This document shows, in pieces, positions 1-9,218 of a DNA stretch of 49,127 nucleotides; within the stretch, counting starts at the first letter, position 1, and each line of letters opens with the position of its first letter. The stretch is from positions 1 to 49,127 of IMG/VR virus record IMGVR_UViG_3300032335_000765. One strand, 5' to 3'. Below the pieces are notes generated by a model that worked only from the letters and a program-made list of their open reading frames with translations, had not been told where the DNA came from and searched no databases. A program made the translations under genes and the position numbers. The DNA is from a virus. Lineage: Duplodnaviria; Caudoviricetes.

Positions 1-52
1 GAACCAGTGTTTCTGCGGTTCCCGATATCCACGCCCGCCGTCGTGATAACGC
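1..52 (-). other. attI-like integron recombination site (continues from 49121-49127)
   Basis: (ACA)GAAC-CAGTG-TTTCTGC = R box, 5-bp spacer, inverted L box; further GTT-core repeats TCGTGATAACGC (41-52) and TCGTGAGAACGC (113-124). Confidence 0.5.
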
Positions 53-131
53 GCGGCGGCCATCGTGACGCACGGGCGAAACGCACGCGGCCCGGTGCTA
101 CCGCGTCGCCGGTCGTGAGAACGCCGCTCGC

Positions 132-150
132 TTGACACCGTCGCCACTCT
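132..150 (+). promoter_or_regulatory. TTGACA-N7-CACWST motif copy 1
   Basis: TTGACA ccgtcgc CACTCT 6 nt before rusA ATG; same motif at 18696 and 31690. Confidence 0.55.
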
Positions 151-156
151 GGCGGC

Positions 157-558
157 ATGGCGATCACGTTCAGCGTTCCCGGCGATCCCGTGCCCCAGCC
201 ACGAGCCCGCGTCTCGACCGTAGGCGGATTCGGCCGAGCGTATGTGCCGAAGACGCACGCGGTTCACGCGTACCGCAGGGCGGTCGCCCAGGCCGCGAAG
301 GCCACAGGATGCGAGCCGCACGGTGAGCCAGTCAATGTCGTGATCGACTTTGTGTTCGCTCGCCCGAAGTCGCACCTTCGCAAGAGCGGGCTGCGGGCAG
401 GAGCCCCCGTGCTGCCGCGAGCCGATCTCGACAACTGTGCCAAGGGAGTTCTCGATTCGCTGAACGGCGTCGCGTGGCACGACGATTCGCAAGTCTCTCG
501 GTTGGTGCTGGAGAAGAGCTACGGAACGGAGGGCCGCACGACCGTGCGGATTTCGTGA
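157..558 (+). CDS. rusA: RusA-family Holliday junction resolvase
   Basis: VPGDPVPQPRAR N-terminus, DLDNCAKGVLDSLNGVAWHDDSQV catalytic motif. Confidence 0.9.
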   Translation: MAITFSVPGDPVPQPRARVSTVGGFGRAYVPKTHAVHAYRRAVAQAAKATGCEPHGEPVNVVIDFVFARPKSHLRKSGLRAGAPVLPRADLDNCAKGVLDSLNGVAWHDDSQVSRLVLEKSYGTEGRTTVRIS

Positions 559-1184
559 TGCCCGAGATCACACTGAATGACGAGTTCGGCCGAGCGATCG
601 TGCTCACGATTCAACGGCTCAACATCCAGAGCGTCATTGAGGTCGGCTCGTGGGATGGCACGGGCTCGACCGCTGTGCTGATTCAAGCCCTAAAAGACAC
701 GCCCGATGCACGGCTCACTTGCATTGAGCCTGACATTCATCGGTACGCAGCCTTGCATCGCACAGTGGTTCAGTTCCCGTGGGTCACAACCATCCGCCGC
801 CGCAGCGTCTCGCGGGCGGCGATGACGCCGAAGCGGTTCGAGGATGTATGGGAATCACCGTACAACAATCTGGTCTACCCAGAGCACCTCGTGCGGGAGT
901 GGTGGAATGAGATTCCCGCCGACCGGCCCGGCGAGCTCGGGTATCTGGAGACGCTCACTACCGAGCGGTGGGATGCCGCCCTCATCGACGGGTGCGAGTT
1001 CGCGGGCTATGACGATTTCCGACTGCTCAAGGATCGCGTGCGGGTGCTGATGCTCGATGACGCGTTCCACGCGTACAAGTGCTCGCAGGCTCACGCCGAG
1101 CTCGGGCACGATCCGCGATGGGTGTGTATCTGGTGCTCCACGTTCGTTCGCAACGGGGCAAGCATCTGGGTGAGAATCTCGTGA
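558..1184 (+). CDS. Class I SAM-dependent methyltransferase-like protein
   Basis: VIEVGSWDGTGST motif I, CIEPD, ALIDG; ATG overlaps rusA stop (TGATG). Confidence 0.65.
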   Translation: MPEITLNDEFGRAIVLTIQRLNIQSVIEVGSWDGTGSTAVLIQALKDTPDARLTCIEPDIHRYAALHRTVVQFPWVTTIRRRSVSRAAMTPKRFEDVWESPYNNLVYPEHLVREWWNEIPADRPGELGYLETLTTERWDAALIDGCEFAGYDDFRLLKDRVRVLMLDDAFHAYKCSQAHAELGHDPRWVCIWCSTFVRNGASIWVRIS

Positions 1185-1894
1185 ACATCACTGTCTCCGC
1201 GTACAACCGCCCGGCGTATCTCGAACAGACGCTCGCCGCGTTGCGTGAGTGCGACGGGATCGCCGACTGTCAGGTGATGGTGCTGATCGACCCGTCAGAG
1301 GCAGCGGATCACTCAGCCGCTCTCGCGGCCCGGTACGGTTTTCAGTCGGGCACATATCCCGATCGGGTTGGCTGCAACCGGGCGATCCGCACCGCCTTCG
1401 CGTTCGGGTTCAACAAGATGGAGAGCGAGTTTCACCTTCACCTAGAGGATGACACGGTGCCCTGCCGCGATGCCCTGCGGTGGTTCGCGTGGGCTCGCGA
1501 TCACTACCGCGACGATCCCGCCGTGATGTGCGTCTCGGGCTACCAGCGGGTCAGCAACGGTCGGCTCGGCGAGTGCGGGCTGCGTCGCTGGTTCACGCCG
1601 TGGGGCTGGGGCGTCTGGCGGGATCGCTGGCTCGGGCTGACCCTCGGGTGGGTGCAAGGTGATGAGACCTCGTGGGATGTGATCGTGAACCACGCCCTAC
1701 GGGCCGGGCGATACGAAGCGTTCCCCACGGTCAGCCGCATTCAGAACATCGGGGCAGAGCAGGGCACGCACGTGCCCAGTGCGGAGTGGCACGCCGAGCA
1801 TCACCGGGTGGCGGTCACAGCCGATGACATCGACGGGCCGCAGCCCGAGGCGTGGCAGGAAGTGCGGAGGGCCGATCGTGCAGATCACGATTGA
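1181..1894 (+). CDS. GT-A fold (GT2-like) glycosyltransferase
   Basis: ITVSAYNRPAYL, HLEDD, FTPWGWGVWRDRW, SRIQNIG. Confidence 0.8.
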   Translation: MNITVSAYNRPAYLEQTLAALRECDGIADCQVMVLIDPSEAADHSAALAARYGFQSGTYPDRVGCNRAIRTAFAFGFNKMESEFHLHLEDDTVPCRDALRWFAWARDHYRDDPAVMCVSGYQRVSNGRLGECGLRRWFTPWGWGVWRDRWLGLTLGWVQGDETSWDVIVNHALRAGRYEAFPTVSRIQNIGAEQGTHVPSAEWHAEHHRVAVTADDIDGPQPEAWQEVRRADRADHD

Positions 1895-2771
1895 AGAAGT
1901 CGAAGCCCATCGGCCCGATGTGCTGCTCCCGCCCGACCCAGAGTTCGCGGAGGACTACGCCGCGAAGGTCGAGCTCGGCAGGACGTTCGCCGCCGAGGCC
2001 CGCGTTGCCTTGGTCGCCATCTGCCGCAACGCGATGCCGTGGCTGCCGCGAACGCTCGATCTCGTGGAGCGAACCGGGTCGGCGTTCAAGTCGTGGTCGG
2101 CGTTCGTGTTCGAGAACGATTCGACCGACGGCACGCAAGACTTCCTCAAGGCGTGGGCCGACGGCGACCGGCGCAAAGTCTCGCTGAACATCCACCATCG
2201 CCCGCACCTCTCGCACACGATCGCCCAGGAGCGGACGGTCGCCCTTGCCGAGTACCGCGAGCAGTGCCAGCACTGGGTGCGGAGCCGCGAGCCTGTGGAC
2301 TACGTGATCGTCTTCGACACCGATCCTTGGGGCGGATTCAGCATCGACGGCGTGATGAACTCGATCGCGTGGCTTGCTCTCGATCGCTCGTGGTACGGGC
2401 TGGCGAGCTACTCGTGGTGCGAGATGAACGTCGGCGGCAAGCCGTTCCCGGCCCACTACGATGCGTTCGCTGCGAGGCTCAACCACTGGGGGCGACGCGA
2501 TCAGCAATGGTTTCATCACTGGCATCCAGCGGTCGGCTCGCCCCCGGTCGAGTTCAACTCCGCATTCGGGCAGTTGTGCGTCTACCGTGCTGACCCGTAT
2601 CTCTCTGGCAAGTACGGCGGCTCCGACTGCGAGCACGCTGTGCTGCATCGTTCGATTGCAGAGCAGGCGAGACTATGGAGCGACGAGCACTACCGGCTGG
2701 GCTTGAACCCATCGAGTCGGGCGGTCTCCTTCTGGGTGCCAACGGATGGCGGGCAACACGGCGGCGATTGA
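1878..2771 (+). CDS. GT-A glycosyltransferase (CAP59/mannosyltransferase-like)
   Basis: FVFENDSTDGT, LAEYRE, VIVFDTD, SAFGQLCVY, DCEH; GGAGG before GTG. Confidence 0.7.
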   Translation: MQITIEEVEAHRPDVLLPPDPEFAEDYAAKVELGRTFAAEARVALVAICRNAMPWLPRTLDLVERTGSAFKSWSAFVFENDSTDGTQDFLKAWADGDRRKVSLNIHHRPHLSHTIAQERTVALAEYREQCQHWVRSREPVDYVIVFDTDPWGGFSIDGVMNSIAWLALDRSWYGLASYSWCEMNVGGKPFPAHYDAFAARLNHWGRRDQQWFHHWHPAVGSPPVEFNSAFGQLCVYRADPYLSGKYGGSDCEHAVLHRSIAEQARLWSDEHYRLGLNPSSRAVSFWVPTDGGQHGGD

Positions 2772-3153
2772 CGCGGCGACGCTGCGACTCCAGTGGAACT
2801 CCTATCTGCCGATGGGAGCCATCTGCCAATACTGGACTGTCACGGTGCATCAACTGGTGCGGCTCCGCGTCGCGTGGGAACTGCCGCCCCGCAACGATCG
2901 CAAGCGACGGTACAAGCCGAGCCGAGACGAGCGGCTCCTCGATCCCGACGCCGACGAGCTCGCCGCCAGCGAGTCGTGCCTCGACCTCGCCCCGATGGTC
3001 GCCGAGCGGGTGACGGTCGTACAGGCTACGTGGACGGTGGCCGATTGGGCAGAACGTCAGGCGGTGAAGCCGGGGCCGTTCCGGCTGGCTCGCATCGACA
3101 CGCCCGACGAAGCCCGCGATCTCGTGGACGAGACCAGCGAGGGCGAGTGGTGA
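2746..3153 (+). CDS. Hypothetical protein, possible N-terminal HTH
   Basis: ORF in operon, helical N-terminus. Confidence 0.6.
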   Translation: MAGNTAAIDAATLRLQWNSYLPMGAICQYWTVTVHQLVRLRVAWELPPRNDRKRRYKPSRDERLLDPDADELAASESCLDLAPMVAERVTVVQATWTVADWAERQAVKPGPFRLARIDTPDEARDLVDETSEGEW

Positions 3154-3407
3154 AGAGCCTGCCCGATTACGTGGAGCGGCGGATCGTGCTCGAATACGGG
3201 CGGCAGTACGCCTATCTCTACATGACCACGGGCGACGGGAAGCTCATCAAGACGCGGGAGGAAAGTTTCAAGCAGCCGTTCCGGCTGGAGCTTCGCGAGT
3301 CTCGCGAAGAAGCCGAGACGGCGTGGGACGTTTTATACGACTTCCTCAACGACACAATCAACTTCCCAACTGCGGGGAACGGCGAGGCGGATGGTAAACC
3401 GGAGTGA
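3150..3407 (+). CDS. Hypothetical protein
   Basis: GTGA overlap with previous gene. Confidence 0.55.
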   Translation: MKSLPDYVERRIVLEYGRQYAYLYMTTGDGKLIKTREESFKQPFRLELRESREEAETAWDVLYDFLNDTINFPTAGNGEADGKPE

Positions 3408-3726
3408 TAGCCCCGGAGTGCCAGCCATGCCCGCGTATGAGATGACCCCGGCCGAAGTGGCCGAGTACGGCAACACGCTCAACATCTGGCAGGCGATCCG
3501 CCTGCTGCAAACGTGGAGCCCCCTGCTCGCGTATGGGCAGCAGTTCGTCCAGACGATCGACCCGTATCAGAAGGGCTTGATTGTGGGCGAGGCGGCTGAG
3601 TGGCTCGCGAGCAAGACCGACAGCGAGGTGGACGATCAACTCGTGCGGAAGCTCGCCGCCGTCGCCACCACGAAGGAAGGCGAAGACCTCATTCGATTCT
3701 GCCTCGGGCTCGCGGGCGTGAAGTGA
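3391..3726 (+). CDS. Hypothetical protein (start may be 3427)
   Basis: ORF coupled to next gene by TGATG. Confidence 0.65.
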   Translation: MVNRSDSPGVPAMPAYEMTPAEVAEYGNTLNIWQAIRLLQTWSPLLAYGQQFVQTIDPYQKGLIVGEAAEWLASKTDSEVDDQLVRKLAAVATTKEGEDLIRFCLGLAGVK

Positions 3727-4334
3727 TGGATCGTGAAACACTCCTACGCACCCTCGCAGTCGGGGCAGCCGTGGCGATCCTGGCCGCGCCGTATTGGCGT
3801 GTGGTGGCTGCTGCTCTCGAAAAGGCAGTCGCCGCCTCCCAGGCCCACGCCCACACCCTCGGGCGGATCGCCGCCGCCGGGCTGATCGTGGCGGCAGCGT
3901 GGGGAAAGATCCCGCTGCCTGCGTTCGAGCCGCCCGCCGTGCCTGCGGTGACGGTCGAGGAGCCGACAGCCGAGATGAAGACGTTCGTCGCCCCCGTCGC
4001 CGCCGCCCTGCGGTCGCTGCCCGCTGGGGATCGGATGCTCTGGGCTTCAACGTGGAGCAAGGCCGCGATCGTGGTGGCTGGTGATGCGACCGCCCGCGAG
4101 GCTGCGTTCACCGATACCCGCAGCCTCCAGGCGTTCACGGGGCTGGCTCTCGACATCGCATGGCGGCGGATCGGGCAGCACGAGCCCGGCGAAAACGAGC
4201 CGCTGCGGAAGGCTCTGGAAGCCGCCTACGGGGCAGCGGTCGGCACCGACGAGGTTCCGGTCACTCGCGACATCCGCGACCGTTACGCCGCGTTTGCGAA
4301 AGCCGTGGCATGGGCTGGCGTCAACGGGGGGTGA
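3726..4334 (+). CDS. Membrane protein with two N-terminal hydrophobic segments
   Basis: LAVGAAVAILAAPYW and IAAAGLIVAAAWG; coupled start. Confidence 0.7.
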   Translation: MDRETLLRTLAVGAAVAILAAPYWRVVAAALEKAVAASQAHAHTLGRIAAAGLIVAAAWGKIPLPAFEPPAVPAVTVEEPTAEMKTFVAPVAAALRSLPAGDRMLWASTWSKAAIVVAGDATAREAAFTDTRSLQAFTGLALDIAWRRIGQHEPGENEPLRKALEAAYGAAVGTDEVPVTRDIRDRYAAFAKAVAWAGVNGG

Positions 4335-4337
4335 GCG

Positions 4338-5276
4338 ATGGCGGGTGAATCTTTCCTGCCGTTGTTCGGCTACCAACCCGACCCCGAGGGCTCGGCGGCG
4401 TTCGTCGCCTCGCTTCCGCACCCGACGCTCGCGGACGCCGGGCCGGATCTCCAAGCGGCGAAGACCGACGTTCACCTAGAGCGGGCTCTCCTCCAGTGCT
4501 CGCCCTCGTGGAAGCGGGGCAGCCAGCCGATCGGTAGCTGCGTTGGCTGGGGGTTCGCGATGAGTTGCGATGTGCTGGCTGCGGCAGACATCGTGCTCCG
4601 CAAAGAACCCGAGACCTGGGGCGGTCGCACGATCGAGGCGAGCGTCTACGGCGTGAGCCGGGTCGAAGCTCGCGGGCGAACATCGGCACCGGGCGGCGAC
4701 GGGAGCACGGGCTTTCATGCCGCCAAGGCTGTCAGGGATTGGGGCGTGCTGCACTACGGGCAGCAATACGGCAGCGTTCGGTTCGACCAGCAGTTCACCG
4801 GCACGCAAGAGAAAGCGTGGGGTCGGGACGGAATGCCGGATTCGCTGGAACCCTACGCGAAGCAGCGGCGGTGCTCCGAGGTCACGCTCGTCAAGTCGTT
4901 TGACGATTGTGCAAAAGCGATCAGCAACGGCTACCCGGTCGCTCTCTGCTCGATGCGTGGGTTCTCGATGCGGTTCGCCGATCGAGGCTCTCTCGGCGGC
5001 GGGTGGCTCTCGCCCGCTGGCACCTGGGCACATTGCATGATGGGCTGCGCGGTGAGGCGGGATCGCCCCGCGATCCTCGTGCCCAACTCGTGGGGCAACT
5101 GCTACTCCGGCCCGGTTGACTCGCGGCTACCCGAGGCGTTCCAGAAGTCGGCGGGCTGGGTCGATGCCGAAGTGATCGACTCGATGTGCAAGGGCGGCGA
5201 TTCCTACGCTCTCGCGGGCTTCAGTGGCTTCAAGCCGACCGCACTTCCGAACGATTGGCTGGAGGGGATTCTTTGA
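4338..5276 (+). CDS. Papain-like (C1) cysteine peptidase, candidate lysis enzyme
   Basis: QPIGSCVGWG (Gln/Cys), WAHCM (His), PNSWG (Asn). Confidence 0.8.
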   Translation: MAGESFLPLFGYQPDPEGSAAFVASLPHPTLADAGPDLQAAKTDVHLERALLQCSPSWKRGSQPIGSCVGWGFAMSCDVLAAADIVLRKEPETWGGRTIEASVYGVSRVEARGRTSAPGGDGSTGFHAAKAVRDWGVLHYGQQYGSVRFDQQFTGTQEKAWGRDGMPDSLEPYAKQRRCSEVTLVKSFDDCAKAISNGYPVALCSMRGFSMRFADRGSLGGGWLSPAGTWAHCMMGCAVRRDRPAILVPNSWGNCYSGPVDSRLPEAFQKSAGWVDAEVIDSMCKGGDSYALAGFSGFKPTALPNDWLEGIL

Positions 5277-5575
5277 ACATTCGCTGGCTCATCGTGTTCG
5301 TGATCGTGTCGATCGGTTGCGTCGCTTCGCTGCCGACAGACCCCGGCATCTCTGCGGATCTCGCGGTCGAGACCGCCCGCATGGTGATCGCCAACCGGGC
5401 CGCGCCGCCTGCTCCTGCTCCTGACGCGGGGCGTTGTGAAAACTGCAACGGCACCGGAAAGATCGGAGATGGTCGGATCGTGATGACATGCCCCGAGTGC
5501 AACGGCACCGGCAAGGTCGTGAAGTCGGTGCTCCATCCTGCCGCGTTCGTTCCGTGCAAGGAGTGCGATCTGTGA
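5273..5575 (+). CDS. Putative lipoprotein with DnaJ-type zinc finger
   Basis: Signal peptide ending VSIGC; CENCNGTG and CPECNGTG. Confidence 0.7.
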   Translation: MNIRWLIVFVIVSIGCVASLPTDPGISADLAVETARMVIANRAAPPAPAPDAGRCENCNGTGKIGDGRIVMTCPECNGTGKVVKSVLHPAAFVPCKECDL

Positions 5576-5931
5576 CCGTCGCGGATCTAAAGCTCTGGGT
5601 CTGGCGAAACGTCGGCATCCGGCGGCACCTCGTGGGCCGTCAGGTGATCGATGACTTCACCGAGCTCGCGGTGCAGCACTGGGAGATCGAGGCGTACACG
5701 CACGCCGTCGATCCCGAGCAGCAAGCGGTCGTGACCGAGCAAGTGCTAGCGAGCGTCAAGCGGGGCTATCAAGTCGTGAGCGACAAGGAGCCGCAGGAGT
5801 ACGGATTCTTCTGGGCACTCGTGCTCCAGGCGGTCGCCTCGATCGTGGTGCAACTCATCCTCCGGTGGTGGATGGAGAGCCGCATGAACAAGGTGCGGAT
5901 GCTGGTCTGGCAACAGGAGCTCACGCGATGA
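5572..5931 (+). CDS. Membrane protein
   Basis: C-terminal TM FFWALVLQAVASIVVQLIL; GTGA overlap. Confidence 0.7.
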   Translation: MTVADLKLWVWRNVGIRRHLVGRQVIDDFTELAVQHWEIEAYTHAVDPEQQAVVTEQVLASVKRGYQVVSDKEPQEYGFFWALVLQAVASIVVQLILRWWMESRMNKVRMLVWQQELTR

Positions 5932-6179
5932 CTGATGCCGCGAAGGATACGCTCCTCTCGGTGCTGAAAGACTACGGCTTCGCGACCGTGGTCGCGTTGG
6001 CTTGCCTCTATGTTGGGCGGCAGGATGTCCTGCTCCCGCTCGTGAAAGCTCACACCGCGTTTCTTGACAAGCTTGCGACAACCCAAGTCGAGATCGCCGA
6101 GGCGATGCAGGAGCAGACGCGGCTGCTCTACGCGTTGCAGCCCAGGGAATCACGCGAGTCGGTACAGGAGCAAAAATGA
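5928..6179 (+). CDS. Holin-like small membrane protein
   Basis: One TM (YGFATVVALACLYV) plus coiled-coil tail; ATGA overlap. Confidence 0.55.
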   Translation: MTDAAKDTLLSVLKDYGFATVVALACLYVGRQDVLLPLVKAHTAFLDKLATTQVEIAEAMQEQTRLLYALQPRESRESVQEQK

Positions 6180-6445
6180 TGGCATTCACAGATCCCAGCA
6201 TCTCGGGAAGCCGTTTTAGGTTGCGTCGATCCTCAACGCCGGGCGAGGTTCCGGCCACGCAGGAACTTCGCCTTGGCGAGCTAGCGATCAACGCTGCCGA
6301 TGGAGTGATGTACGTGGGCAAGAGTGACAACACGGCTGGCGTCATCCCCGGTGCGACGGGCGTCAGGAAGATCGTCGCCCTCACGCAGGCCGCTTACGAC
6401 GCCCTGGCGACGAAGGACTCGCAGACTCTCTACGTCATCACCTGA
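6176..6445 (+). CDS. Small tail-fibre-associated protein
   Basis: GELAINAADG and LTQAAYDALATKDSQTLYVI motifs typical of phage fibre proteins. Confidence 0.65.
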   Translation: MMAFTDPSISGSRFRLRRSSTPGEVPATQELRLGELAINAADGVMYVGKSDNTAGVIPGATGVRKIVALTQAAYDALATKDSQTLYVIT

Positions 6446-6463
6446 CAGGAAGGCTCTAGCCAC

Positions 6464-6619
6464 ATGAGCGTGAAACTAGGCAGCGGTGCTGTGAGTTTTC
6501 GGCTGGGAAATGCCACGCCAATCAGAATCGCCATTGGAGCCGTTCAAGTGTGGACGGCATTAGCACCAAGTCTCTGGAAAGCAGAAACCTTTTCGCCCCC
6601 GTACCACTGGAGCACATGA
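6464..6619 (+). CDS. 51-aa protein not in ORF track (MSVKLGSGAVSFRLGNATPIRIAIGAVQVWT...)
   Basis: Fills the gap, AGGAAGG upstream, ATGA overlap with next gene. Confidence 0.6.
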   Translation: MSVKLGSGAVSFRLGNATPIRIAIGAVQVWTALAPSLWKAETFSPPYHWST

Positions 6620-6978
6620 TGGTCGCGCCGAATGTGAACAACCCGACCCGCGTCGAGTTCAAATCCTCACGCCTCGCCGCCACGACGGCATCGCAGACCA
6701 TCGTCACATGCGGTGCGACCAGCAACATGGCGATCCGAGTCGTGTCGCTCGTCGCCGCGAACATCGACGGAACGAACGCCGCTGATGTGACCGTCACGAC
6801 GAGCGACGGCACAGCGACGCGCAGCATCGTTAGCACGGTCGCTGTGCCTGCCGACGCCACGCTCGTCATCGCCAGCCGCGAGAACCCGATTCATCTCCCC
6901 GAAGGTTGGACGCTCGCGGGCTTGGCGAGTGCGGCGGGCGACATCGAGTTTACGACCGCCCATGAGGAGATCACTTGA
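6616..6978 (+). CDS. Beta-rich putative virion protein
   Basis: APNV...ANIDGTNAADVTV...VAVPADATL pattern common in phage fibre blocks. Confidence 0.65.
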   Translation: MMVAPNVNNPTRVEFKSSRLAATTASQTIVTCGATSNMAIRVVSLVAANIDGTNAADVTVTTSDGTATRSIVSTVAVPADATLVIASRENPIHLPEGWTLAGLASAAGDIEFTTAHEEIT

Positions 6979-7433
6979 TGCCCGAAGTCAACGATCCCTG
7001 CTGGCGCGACGCGAGCGGCGTGGCTTTTCTGGAGCTGCCGTTCCGCGTGCGGATGCCAGACGGCAGTACGCGGACTGATCCCTCGCAGTGGAGCGAAGAC
7101 GCGGACGTTCTCGCCGCGACCGGGTGGACGCGATCCACGCTCACGCAGGCTGACCTAGACGCCCTGTTTCCGCCGCTGCCGGAACCCACATGGCTGGAGG
7201 CTGGCTACGAAACGAGCGAGGGCTGGCGGCTCGGGTGGCAGGCCGATGATGTGGCCCTGCTCACCGGGCTGTACGTTCTCGCCGCGAGGGCGAACCAGTT
7301 GGGTGCGACGCAGCCGTGCGTCGTGACCGACATGGCGGGCGAGCGACATACGCTCACGTTCGCGGAGTTTGAATCGGTGATGCTCGCCTATGGTGCGGCA
7401 CGGGCGGCTGCCTCCGCAGGAGGTGACGCATGA
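6978..7433 (+). CDS. Tail-fibre assembly/chaperone-like protein
   Basis: DGSTRTD N-terminus, DUF4376-like C-terminus; position in fibre block. Confidence 0.5.
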   Translation: MPEVNDPCWRDASGVAFLELPFRVRMPDGSTRTDPSQWSEDADVLAATGWTRSTLTQADLDALFPPLPEPTWLEAGYETSEGWRLGWQADDVALLTGLYVLAARANQLGATQPCVVTDMAGERHTLTFAEFESVMLAYGAARAAASAGGDA

Positions 7434-8179
7434 GGGGGCGAGGGGGATTCATCGGCCACTCTGTCTCGCCTGCACTGTACTCCGGCGCGGGTGGCATTTG
7501 GAATATCCGCGAGGCCGAATCGTTGCGGCGAGAGTCGCGGTGGCCTGCTGGCGATATTGTGTCGGACGCCTTTACCGGCAGTAACGGGACGGGGCTGTCC
7601 TCTCGCAGCCCCGATGTGATGCAGTCCGGCGCGTCCGGCTGGGCTAATCAGTACGGCACCGCCGCCATCACTGGAAACCAGGCGTACTTTATCGCCTTCA
7701 CCTACTACGCATTGTTCGATGCAAATATCGGAATCGCCACGGTCAACGCCAACGCCGCCAACTGCGTGGTGCGCTCCGTTGTGAAGTGGGGCGACAACGG
7801 ATTCGGATATGGGGTTGGCGGCGTTGTCCTGCGATACCAGGACGCCAACAACTTTCTCATCGCCTTGTCCGACTATGTGGCAACAAGTTGTGCGAAGTGG
7901 TCGGTTGTGCAGGTGCAGAGTGGAGCGTTCTCGGAGTTGGCTAGTTCGCAATCAATCGGATCATGCCTCGGCGGCAGCCCAGGGCAGACTGGACAAATCC
8001 GCGTCACGCTCAACGGCAGCAGCATCACGGCAGAGTTCGCCGCCAACAGCACCACAGCGTTTACGCACTCGCTAACCTGTACTTCTAACGTCGGTCTGTC
8101 GGCTACCCGGCACGGCATCTACGGCCCGAGCATTCACAGCAACGCCCGCTGGGATGATTTCTCTGTGCGTCCTCTGTGA
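7430..8179 (+). CDS. Lectin/concanavalin-like putative receptor-binding protein
   Basis: SDAFTGSNGT...IRVTLNGSSIT...RWDDFSV beta-sandwich pattern. Confidence 0.6.
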   Translation: MRGRGGFIGHSVSPALYSGAGGIWNIREAESLRRESRWPAGDIVSDAFTGSNGTGLSSRSPDVMQSGASGWANQYGTAAITGNQAYFIAFTYYALFDANIGIATVNANAANCVVRSVVKWGDNGFGYGVGGVVLRYQDANNFLIALSDYVATSCAKWSVVQVQSGAFSELASSQSIGSCLGGSPGQTGQIRVTLNGSSITAEFAANSTTAFTHSLTCTSNVGLSATRHGIYGPSIHSNARWDDFSVRPL

Positions 8180-8202
8180 CGTAATACAAACGGACTCCGC
8201 CC

Positions 8203-8940
8203 ATGTGTGCCATGAATCCCCGACTGCTGCGACCCAAGGCGAGTGGCTTCAACCCTAAGAGCATCGCGGGTCTGGAGGTGTGGCTTGATGGCAGCGACTC
8301 CACGACGTTTACGCTGAACGGCAGCACGGTTTCCGAGTGGCGAGACAAGAGCGGTAACAGTCGGCACTTCTCGCAGGCGACAGCGTTGCGGCAGCCCGCC
8401 GTAACGGCTGCTGCCAAGAGCGGGAAGGCTGCGGTGGCATTTACCGATGACTGGATGGCTGGCTCTTACACCTACACCATCGGGTCGATCTTTGTGGTGT
8501 GGGAGCATCCGACAACTTTTGGCTCTGACTTTTACGCCTGCATGGTATCGTCGCGCACAGTGAATGCCGGGAAGGTAGCAAACGGATCTCTCAGTTTTGG
8601 AGTGATGGTGCCAGATTCGGTCAATAACGTGTCGATGGAGCCTGGCCCTGCTGGTGGCGTGTTTCTGCTAAACGGCAGTACACCAGGCGGCACCTTTACT
8701 TCATACGCCGTTGGCGTTCCTGCTCGCACATCCCCTCACCGCTGGAATCAGTTGAGCGCAACATTCACCCCCGTGGCCGGGTCGAAGCCCATTGTCCTCG
8801 GCGGCGATTCGTTTGGAGCGTCTGGCGAGCGGGTGATGAAAAACGGCCACATCGGTGAGGTGCTGATCTACTCGGCCGCGCTGACTGCCAGCCAAGTCTC
8901 TGCCGTGAATCGCTACCTATCCAGCAAGTGGGGGCTGTGA
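8203..8940 (+). CDS. LamG/ConA-like domain protein
   Basis: WLDGSD...VSEWRDKSGNSRH...GHIGEVLIYSAAL...YLSSKWG. Confidence 0.75.
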   Translation: MCAMNPRLLRPKASGFNPKSIAGLEVWLDGSDSTTFTLNGSTVSEWRDKSGNSRHFSQATALRQPAVTAAAKSGKAAVAFTDDWMAGSYTYTIGSIFVVWEHPTTFGSDFYACMVSSRTVNAGKVANGSLSFGVMVPDSVNNVSMEPGPAGGVFLLNGSTPGGTFTSYAVGVPARTSPHRWNQLSATFTPVAGSKPIVLGGDSFGASGERVMKNGHIGEVLIYSAALTASQVSAVNRYLSSKWGL

Positions 8941-9218
8941 TGAGATACTTTCGGGCGGTGCCTGCCGTCTACGCTTCGATCTGCGCCCAACTGGACGCGG
9001 CATACGGCTACCCCAACGCGGAGACGAAGACCGAGCGGACGTTGCCGCTGATGGCTGAGTTGCCGACTGACGCCGAAGGCCGCGTGTACCTCGCCGTCGA
9101 TGCGTCCTATTGTGATTTCATTCTGCCGGGCCAGATGCTGCCGGATCTGATTACCAGCGGTGTGGTCGAAGAGATCAACGAGGCGGTGTATCGTGACTCG
9201 CTGCCGCAGATGCCGTGA
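8940..9218 (+). CDS. Hypothetical protein
   Basis: TGATG coupling. Confidence 0.65.
   Translation: MRYFRAVPAVYASICAQLDAAYGYPNAETKTERTLPLMAELPTDAEGRVYLAVDASYCDFILPGQMLPDLITSGVVEEINEAVYRDSLPQMP

Noticed and set aside
7430-8940. Diversity-generating retroelement targeting the lectin genes
   Set aside because: No reverse transcriptase and no TR/VR repeat pair seen
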